From an uncultured delta proteobacterium (lineage in GTDB: Bacteria; Desulfobacterota; Syntrophobacteria; BM002), in NCBI GenBank assembly GCA_963712115.1, contig CAVQGX010000037.1:64001-128000 (forward strand): 64,000 nt of DNA. The letters run 5' to 3'. Positions 56,570 through 64,000 of this stretch are shown piece by piece. Within the stretch, counting starts at the first letter, position 1; every line of letters starts with the position of its first letter. Below the pieces are notes generated by a model. That model was not told the DNA's origin. It was given only the letters and a program-made list of their open reading frames with translations, and ran no database searches. The translations under genes were made by a program, and so were the position numbers.

Positions 56570-57391
56570 ATGAATAATAGAGTCAACATTATAAAGCCAG
56601 TCACCGGGTGGCAGCTCATCGATTTCAATGAGTTAATACAATATCGTGATTTATTCTATTTTCTGGTCTGGCGTGATATCAAAGTTATGTATGCACAAAC
56701 TATATTGGGTTTTTCCTGGGCCATTCTGCAGCCGCTTATACAAATTGTTATTTTCACTGTTATTTTTGGCAAAGTTGCCAAGTTATCCACAGAGGGTATT
56801 CCATATTTTTTATTTTCGAGTATCGCCATAATCCCTTGGACATACATGGCACAGGCGATGACTCAGTCCAGCCAAAGCCTCGTTTCAGGACAGAATATGC
56901 TGGGGAAGATATATTTTCCGCGGTTGATATTTCCTCTGACCGCCGTCCTGGGCAAACTGGTTGATTTCGGAATTGCGCTCTTGCTGCTACTTGTAATTCT
57001 TGGCGTGTATAGAGTGACTCCGACGCACAAACTGTTATTTCTGCCATTTTTTGCAATCTATATGGTGTGCATTCCTACCGGTGTTGGGCTATGGTTATCT
57101 GCACTAGCTATTCGGTTTCGTGATGTTAAGCACGCCATGGCTTTCGTGATACGGATGCTTATGTATTCAGCCCCAATTGTCTACTCTGCATCCGCGATAC
57201 CTGAAAAATATCGGATCGTGTACTCTTTAAATCCAATTGTTGGAGTCATAGAAGGGTATCGTTCGTGTTTACTCGGGACCTCCTTTGAATGGCAATATAT
57301 CATCCCGGGTATTGTAACTGTGTTCCTATTGCTAATTAGTGGGGCTCTTTATTTTAAGCGCATGGAACACATTTTCGCTGACGTTATCTGA
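56570..57391 (+). CDS. wzm: ABC-2 polysaccharide permease
   Basis: RDIKVMY.QT.LG..WAILQP, KIYFPR, LNP..G.IEG.R. Confidence 0.9.
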   Translation: MNNRVNIIKPVTGWQLIDFNELIQYRDLFYFLVWRDIKVMYAQTILGFSWAILQPLIQIVIFTVIFGKVAKLSTEGIPYFLFSSIAIIPWTYMAQAMTQSSQSLVSGQNMLGKIYFPRLIFPLTAVLGKLVDFGIALLLLLVILGVYRVTPTHKLLFLPFFAIYMVCIPTGVGLWLSALAIRFRDVKHAMAFVIRMLMYSAPIVYSASAIPEKYRIVYSLNPIVGVIEGYRSCLLGTSFEWQYIIPGIVTVFLLLISGALYFKRMEHIFADVI

Positions 57392-57398
57392 CACTGTG

Positions 57399-57570
57399 AT
57401 CTAGCCCGGATATTTCATGAATCACTTACTGAGATTACGGATATGGCCGTCCTTCCAGGCGTCCTCGGGTGTCGGACCCTGCGACGTATCCCGCGTTCCG
57501 CGGGATTGCCCGGTGGCATGCCCATCTTCGTGGTCTCGCGACAGCAATTCATGAAATATCCGGGCTAGAT
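57399..57570. mobile_element. MITE-like element with 24-bp perfect terminal inverted repeats
   Basis: ATCTAGCCCGGATATTTCATGAAT (57399-57422) and ATTCATGAAATATCCGGGCTAGAT (57547-57570). Confidence 0.8.
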
Positions 57571-57588
57571 GTTTTTAAAGGAATTGAT

Positions 57589-58902
57589 ATGAGTAGTAAT
57601 GAGACTGCCATCACAGTGGATAACATAAGCAAGTGTTTTCGTATTGGTTTGAAAAATGAAATTCGCGATAGCTTTGCAAGTACCATATTCGACTTCCTCA
57701 AAAGCCCCTTGAAAAACTATCGCAAGTATCGCTCACTTTATAAATTCGACGACCTTGAGATTCAGCACAGGGACTCTCTCAACCAACCCCTGGATCTTAT
57801 TTGGGCCCTCAAAGAGGTATCCTTTGAGGTCAAAAAAGGGGAAGTGCTCGGCGTTATTGGCAGAAACGGAGCAGGAAAATCTACCCTTCTCAAGATTCTG
57901 TGTAAAATCACGACCCCCACATTTGGAAGCGCAGAAATACGTGGTAGGGTTTCCAGTCTTCTTGAAGTAGGGACTGGTTTTCATCACGAACTCACGGGTA
58001 GAGAGAATATATACCTCAATGGGGCTGTACTCGGAATGACAAAGAAGGAGGTGGACCATAAGTTCGATGAGATTGTAGAGTTCTCAGAAGTAGAGAAATT
58101 CATTGACACGCCGGTCAAGCGATACTCCACCGGAATGAGGGTAAGACTAGCCTTTTCAGTTGCGGCACATTTAGAGCCTGAAATCTTGTTAATAGACGAG
58201 GTGCTTGCCGTAGGGGATGACCGTTTCCAGAAGAAATGCCTTGGGAAGATGGATCAAGTGTCAATGGAAGGGAGAACGGTGTTGTTTGTAAGTCATAATA
58301 TGGCGGCTGTCGCCAGATTATGTGATCGTGTTATTCTCCTGGAAAAGGGTCAAGTTGAGCTCAACGCAAATCCGAGCAGTGTTATTTCAGCATATTTGGC
58401 TTACGGAGAAGCCGGTAGCTCAACCTGGTCACCTTCGCCGCCTCTGCCGTCTGATCTTGACGTACGAATCAATCGCGCTCGCATATTGTCACATGACAAT
58501 GATCCAACTTCCTTCGTCAACCCCGACAAGGAATTTAAGGTGGAAATCGCTTATGAGGTGAAAAAATCAGTTACTGATCTTACCATTCTATGTCGATTGA
58601 CAGATATGCAAGGGAACATATTGTGGACATCATGGGACAATGACTCTCCCGAACTGAGAGGCTATGTCAGAGAACCCGGACGCTACTTGTCAATTTGTAA
58701 GATCCCTGGGAACTGGCTCAAACCAGGCAGATATTTCGTGTCCATTAGCGCTTTTATCGTTCATGCTAGACTATTTAGCAACCATGAGAATGTGTTGGCA
58801 TTTGATGTTTCTGACGTAGGTTATAGTTTAAATATGAATCGTATTGGTATAATTACACCAATACTCGAGTGGGAGGTAAAGCGACTAAATGGATCTTTTT
58901 AA
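57589..58902 (+). CDS. wzt: ABC polysaccharide ATPase with C-terminal carbohydrate-binding domain
   Basis: GRNGAGKST, YSTGMRVRLAF, DEVLAVGD; start at ATG 57589, after the MITE. Confidence 0.92.
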   Translation: MSSNETAITVDNISKCFRIGLKNEIRDSFASTIFDFLKSPLKNYRKYRSLYKFDDLEIQHRDSLNQPLDLIWALKEVSFEVKKGEVLGVIGRNGAGKSTLLKILCKITTPTFGSAEIRGRVSSLLEVGTGFHHELTGRENIYLNGAVLGMTKKEVDHKFDEIVEFSEVEKFIDTPVKRYSTGMRVRLAFSVAAHLEPEILLIDEVLAVGDDRFQKKCLGKMDQVSMEGRTVLFVSHNMAAVARLCDRVILLEKGQVELNANPSSVISAYLAYGEAGSSTWSPSPPLPSDLDVRINRARILSHDNDPTSFVNPDKEFKVEIAYEVKKSVTDLTILCRLTDMQGNILWTSWDNDSPELRGYVREPGRYLSICKIPGNWLKPGRYFVSISAFIVHARLFSNHENVLAFDVSDVGYSLNMNRIGIITPILEWEVKRLNGSF

Positions 58903-59833
58903 AATTCGGCAGAAAATCAAACGTCGGATCAGGCACGAATTGGTGCTGCCACTATGTGCCCCTTATCTGTCCCCAGAACAGGAGGAAAGGTGGGGAAAGG
59001 TAAGTGGTGGGATATTGTCATCGGCTTTTGCTCCCCTTCGAAAATGGCGAGATAGACGTCTGTTCCACCATCATCTGAGGCAGACAGATATATTTCTCGT
59101 TGGACATCCAAAATCGGGAAACACCTGGCTGGCCTACATGCTCGCTGTTGTTCTCTATAGAGACTTCAGCCACCACGTTAATTTAGCGACAATAGGCAAT
59201 TATGTCCCTGTCATTCACGCTAGAGACAGCAAGATTGCTGCCTATACAAATCTTTCAACGCCAAGGGTGTTTAGAAACGAATGGCCAATGTATCCTGATC
59301 TATATCCAAAGATAATATATTTGATAAGGGACCCAAGGTCTGTGCTTGTTTCCTATTATCATATGTACCACACAATTTTTAATGACTTAGAAATGACCAT
59401 GTCAGCCTTCATTAATGAATACCTCTCATACGGGTGTATCAAAAGGTGGGAACCACTCAAACGATGGGACAAACAGGTTATCAAATGGATAGAAAGAGCG
59501 GATAATGACAAACGCGTCCTGATTGTAAAATATGAGGATATGGTGCAGAACAGGTCGAGTGTTTTGCGAAAAATTGTTGATTTTGCAGAGTTGTCATGTT
59601 CTGATGACCTTTTTGCCTTGGCTGAAGCTCGGGGCAGTTTTGAATCTATGAGAGATGATGAGAGCAAACACGGTGCAGAATCTTATATAAGCATGAAAAA
59701 GGGCGGAAGAAAAAGTCGGTTTATTCGCAGCGGCCGAATAAATGGGTGGAAAAAAAGTTTAGATCACCAAGTTGTTGAGCGAATTGAAAACGAGCTTGGG
59801 CCAGCGATGAGGAGAGTCGGCTACTTAGCCTAG
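58889..59833 (+). CDS. PAPS-dependent sulfotransferase
   Basis: GHPKSGNTW (5'-PSB), RDPRSVLVS (3'-PB), KYEDM, RSGRINGW. Confidence 0.9.
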   Translation: MDLFKIRQKIKRRIRHELVLPLCAPYLSPEQEERWGKVSGGILSSAFAPLRKWRDRRLFHHHLRQTDIFLVGHPKSGNTWLAYMLAVVLYRDFSHHVNLATIGNYVPVIHARDSKIAAYTNLSTPRVFRNEWPMYPDLYPKIIYLIRDPRSVLVSYYHMYHTIFNDLEMTMSAFINEYLSYGCIKRWEPLKRWDKQVIKWIERADNDKRVLIVKYEDMVQNRSSVLRKIVDFAELSCSDDLFALAEARGSFESMRDDESKHGAESYISMKKGGRKSRFIRSGRINGWKKSLDHQVVERIENELGPAMRRVGYLA

Positions 59834-59966
59834 TCTATCGTGGCCTTAAAACTTAGTTCATTATCTGATAGAAATAAGCGAAAATTAAGAATCGATCGAG
59901 AAGATCTGTCCAACAATTTTTCCTTTCTAAAACACCACAACCCCCATCACATAAAAGATCATCAAG

Positions 59967-60746
59967 ATGGCTCTCAGTCAAATGTTAGAAAAATCAATAT
60001 TAATCGTCGCACATCCGGACGACGAAGTTCTATGGTTTAGTTCAATTCTGGACAGGGTGGATGAAATAGTATTGTGTTTTCTGGACTGCAAATCACCCGT
60101 TTGGACTGAAGGCAGAAAACTCGCATTATTGAACCATCCAATTAAAAATCTATCATGTCTTGAAATAGACGAATCAGCGGTCTTTAGTGATTATAACTGG
60201 CACAATCCAGTTATTACGGACTATGGTATAAAGATAAAGGACGAGAATAAGCAAGAAACGCGATATAAACAAAACTTCAACCAACTAAAAAGAAAACTTA
60301 AATTAGCATTGCAAAACTATTCAAATGTAATAACTCATAATCCATGGGGGGAATATGGGAATGAGGAACACATCCAGATATACCGAGCGCTTAACGAATT
60401 ACAACAGATAAATAATTATAATCTCTGGTTCAATAATTACTGTAGCAACAAGTCACTAAAAATAGTGATAGATTACATTGACTTGCTTGATTTTGACTCA
60501 GTGACTTTCAAAACGAATAAAAAACTGTCGAAGAAGATCCAAAGGTTATACCAAAAGTATAACTGCTGGACCTGGTATGATGACTGGCAGGTGTTGGACC
60601 AAGAAACTTTTATTCGAATTGAAACTGATTTGAGAAACGTTGATAAGTACGGGCAAGCTTTTCCATTGAATATTATAAAAGTTGAATTTTCCAATAAGAC
60701 AAAAGAAAAAAAAGGAATTTTTAAGAAGTTGTTGAGAAAAATGTAG
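59967..60746 (+). CDS. PIG-L/LmbE-like de-N-acetylase family protein
   Basis: VAHPDDE, THNPWGEYG..EH. Confidence 0.75.
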   Translation: MALSQMLEKSILIVAHPDDEVLWFSSILDRVDEIVLCFLDCKSPVWTEGRKLALLNHPIKNLSCLEIDESAVFSDYNWHNPVITDYGIKIKDENKQETRYKQNFNQLKRKLKLALQNYSNVITHNPWGEYGNEEHIQIYRALNELQQINNYNLWFNNYCSNKSLKIVIDYIDLLDFDSVTFKTNKKLSKKIQRLYQKYNCWTWYDDWQVLDQETFIRIETDLRNVDKYGQAFPLNIIKVEFSNKTKEKKGIFKKLLRKM

Positions 60747-60967
60747 CAAATAAGAAGCGCTTCTCACACCTTTGATTTGCCTGGATAGATGTATGTCATT
60801 GTATTTAAGAATAGAAGATTTCTGATCTGTTTTTAGTGAAAATATCTATTGCATAAAAATATTAGTTAAAATCTAAGTTTAAAATGGTGTGACTTTGTAA
60901 ATTGAATTCTAATTTATATATTGTTGTATCTTGGTAATTTTTTCTATTTACTCGCTACTATTGTGAA

Positions 60968-62191
60968 ATGATAAAAGAAAGAGTTAAACAGCTTTTAAAG
61001 TCGTTGGGTATCGAAATAAAAAGATATAGGCCTAGATTTAACGAAGGAAAAGTAATTACATTAAAGCCCGAAAACATCTCAAAAGGAAATGTTCTTCTTT
61101 CATACATTATAGAACCGTTTCTTTTAAAAGATGAAGCACTAGTGTCTAACACCCATACTCATGACTGGGAATCCCTCCTGATAGCCAAGACTTTTTTAAG
61201 TTTTGGTTATTCAGTCGATATCATTGACTATCGTGATAAAACTTTTATCCCCAGAAAAGAGTATGCATTTTTCCTTTCTGCTCGCACAAACTTAGAGAGA
61301 ATTGCCAAACTGCTCAGTGAAGATTGTCTGAAAATTGTGCACTTGGACACGTCCCATTGGTTGTTTAATAATACTGCTGTATATTCGCGCTGTTTAGCGC
61401 TGCAAAAAAGGCGAGACATCACTTTAAGAAGTGTAGATCGAAAACTAGTTGAGCCTAATCTGGCCATTGAATATTGCGATTTTGCTACTATTTTGGGAAA
61501 CGATCATACTATCAACACATATGCTTACGCTGACAAAGTAATCTTGCCTTTTTCAGTTCCTACAAGTACTATTTATCCACTTCCGAAAGATAAAGATTAT
61601 GCTGCATGTCGAAAACATTTCCTGTGGTTTGGAAGCGAAGGATTAGTTCATAAGGGACTGGATCTGGTGTTAGAAGTGTTTGTCAACATGCCCGATTATC
61701 ATCTGACTGTTTGTGGCCCTATAGAAGACGAAAAAGATTTTGAAAGTGCTTACTATAACGAACTCTACTCGACTCCAAACATTCACACGGTTGGATGGGT
61801 TGATATTAGTGGTCCTGAATTTCTGGAGATCACTGGATCTTGTATTGGTCTAATATATCCCTCGTGCGCTGAAGGGCAGTCTGGAGCAGTTGCAACCGGC
61901 CTGCAGGCAGGTCTCATACCCATTGTAAGCCGCGAAAGTGGATTCGATGTTGGCGATTTCGGATTTATCTTAAAGGAATGTTCACTCGAGGAGATTAAAA
62001 ACTCGATACAAACAATTTCCAGCCTTTCCTCTAAAGAACTTAAAGTGATGGCCAGAAATACATGGGAGTATGCCAGGCTAAATCACACCCGGGAGACATA
62101 CGCTAAAAACTATCAGAAGTTTGTAGCTAAGATCACAAGCTCTTATTTCAGCAAGGAAGAACTCAAACAAAGTCTTGAGTGCCTGGGCTAG
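60968..62191 (+). CDS. Glycosyltransferase (GT4-like)
   Basis: HKGLD, YPSCAEG..GLIPIVSRESG. Confidence 0.85.
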   Translation: MIKERVKQLLKSLGIEIKRYRPRFNEGKVITLKPENISKGNVLLSYIIEPFLLKDEALVSNTHTHDWESLLIAKTFLSFGYSVDIIDYRDKTFIPRKEYAFFLSARTNLERIAKLLSEDCLKIVHLDTSHWLFNNTAVYSRCLALQKRRDITLRSVDRKLVEPNLAIEYCDFATILGNDHTINTYAYADKVILPFSVPTSTIYPLPKDKDYAACRKHFLWFGSEGLVHKGLDLVLEVFVNMPDYHLTVCGPIEDEKDFESAYYNELYSTPNIHTVGWVDISGPEFLEITGSCIGLIYPSCAEGQSGAVATGLQAGLIPIVSRESGFDVGDFGFILKECSLEEIKNSIQTISSLSSKELKVMARNTWEYARLNHTRETYAKNYQKFVAKITSSYFSKEELKQSLECLG

Positions 62192-62433
62192 GTCAATAGC
62201 TTGGTTAAGTTCTGCTTCGCTCACTTTCCGCGGGACCCGTTTTAATCAATCCGTGGATGTAGACCAGTCTGACAATTTTGGATAATTTTACTAACTAAGT
62301 GAAAAAGTTTTCTTTTTTTATAGATCTTTTTTCCACAAGCAAAGAAGACACCTTCGATTTTCTGAAATCGTGAATATAACCACCTTAAATCATTAGAAAA
62401 AGATTATGTAATTATTTCAAAAGACTCTTGGTT

Positions 62434-62449
62434 TGGCATGGCACTTGAA
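62434..62449 (+). promoter_or_regulatory. Possible sigma54 -24/-12 promoter
   Basis: TGGCAT-GGCAC-TTGAA, with GA instead of GC at -12. Confidence 0.35.
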
Positions 62450-62611
62450 TAATATCTGTATAATCGATAAGGCCCATAGTCACATAAAATTTTTATTTTG
62501 ATTATAGATGCAATTTTAATATTTCATCAGAATTATTTTCAAATAACTAAATGCCAGAGGATCTTTGATTTCAAACAATCATAAAATGCTAACACAAAAA
62601 AGGAGGCATCT

Positions 62612-64000
62612 ATGAAAGCATTGATCAAAAGTGATTTTAAACAAATGGTGTTGCGCTTTTTGTTGATAGCGGCTTCGGTGCTCATCTTTTCGCTTATGGG
62701 ATGTGGCGGCGGTGGCAGCAGCAACAACAACGATGGTAATGGGGGTATTACAAACGATCCACCGGTTGCTAATGCTTCTGCCCCTGCAGTTGTGGATGAA
62801 CGGACCCCTGCTGTTACCCTTGACGGCACAGGGAGTACTGATAGTGATGGCAACATTACCAGCTACTCCTGGACTCAGGTTAGTGGGCCTGCGGTTAACA
62901 TTACCAATGCTGATGCTGATGTTGCCCAGTTTGTCGCTCCCGCCGTTTCTGCCCAGACTGAGCTAATCTTCCGTCTCACAGTGACCGACAACGATGGAGC
63001 CAGTGATACCGATGATGTAACTGTCAATGTAGACAATGCTGGCAACCTTTCTGTCTCCGTTGCAGACGCTCCAGACATAGTCGATCTAGAGGTCGAGGGC
63101 GGATTGGACTGGTCTCACTGGGGACTTGATGCAGGCGACCCAGCGAGCTTCAACCAGAAGGCGCCCGGTGGGCTTGCGGCTGATCTCATTGGGAATTATA
63201 CTAGTCTTAGCGCTGGGGCCGCCACCCAGTTTAGCAACGCGCCCATAGGTGTGACCTGGACTAACGGTAGCGATACAGCCACGGTTTCTGATCCGTCGAC
63301 CACCGGACTGTATTTTGTTACTCCAGCCTTAGCAGATGGTGATGGCATTCAGTTAGATATACCTGCCGATGCAGCCGATAAGACTCTAAAGATCTATATT
63401 GGCACCACCTCACTCGAGGGAGAACTCACTGCAACACTGAGTGACGGTACCCCGCCACTGACGGTTACTCTGGATAACACCTTAAATGTAGGCAAGGTGA
63501 GGGTCGTGACGATTGACTTCGGTGCGGCAGCTGACGGCGAACACGCTCACGGTTACCTTCACCCGGTCTGCCGATACGGGAGCAGACGCTGGCGGCGCCA
63601 TCAACTTGGTGGCTGCAACACTCGCTGATGCAACTCCAGGAACGCCTATGATAAGTCGATCTGGAGGCACTTCGGGGTCTGTAGATGTGACCCTGGATAC
63701 TGCCACCTCTGATGCAATTATTCGCTACACCACCAATGGAAACGATCCGGACAGTAATTCCACCCTTTACTCCGGACCATTTACTCTTACTGCCAGCGCC
63801 ACAGTGAAGGCAAGAGCCTTCTTTCCGGGACTCAATCCAAGCGCTGTAGCCACAGCCGACTTCGAAATAGCAAGCGGCGCTGGCAGCCTTGCTGCTTTTG
63901 TTGAAAACGCGCCAGACACAGTCGATCTTGAGGTTGAGGGCGGATTAGACTGGTCTCACTGGGGACTCGATGCAGGCGACCCAACGAGCTTCAACCAGAA
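62612..64000 (+). CDS. Large secreted lipoprotein: PKD/Ig-like domain, repeated 'VDLEVEGGLDWSHWG' domain and Fn3-associated domain; frameshift near 63538; runs off the window
   Basis: Lipobox LMGC; LDGTGSTDSDG..YSWTQ..FRLTVTDNDG; in the shifted frame IRYTTNGNDP..YSGPF; near-identical DNA repeat at 63071-63159 and 63912-64000. Confidence 0.8.

Overview
Bacterial genomic window; gene content (TIGR04211-type SH3 protein, ExeA/Wza/Wzc exopolysaccharide locus, B12 radical SAM enzyme, heptamer-repeat hairpins) suggests Desulfobacterota/Deltaproteobacteria, which is an inference. From left to right: an AsmA-family gene; a B12 radical SAM gene divergent from a histidine kinase/OmpR pair; infA-cspA-bS21-like; glutaryl-CoA dehydrogenase plus a family III CoA-transferase; an attC-flanked flavin reductase cassette; a liv-type ABC transporter; tartrate/D-malate dehydrogenase; an SLC12-like transporter; a second cspA; a block with two orphan mreB paralogues, zapA, SH3, CBM48 and PilZ genes; and a ~21 kb polysaccharide locus with sulfation and C-methylation genes (wza, wzc, sat-cysC, rfbFG, C-methyltransferase, wzm/wzt, sulfotransferase) followed by a large repeat lipoprotein. 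The most striking signal is four dispersed, same-orientation copies (8.9, 24.1, 28.9, 36.2 kb) of a ~60-110 bp element. Each consists of a terminator-like hairpin, the antisense 3' end of tRNA-Glu (TGGCGTCCCCAAG) and a tail conserved at codon level (xASPRVLPVYPxFxLxLRxH...). I interpret these as stacked att junctions carrying the split-off C-terminus of an integrase whose gene spans attP. No integrase and no intact tRNA were seen in the window. The many frameshifts (3.77 kb, 42-49 kb, 63.5 kb) look like assembly indel errors.
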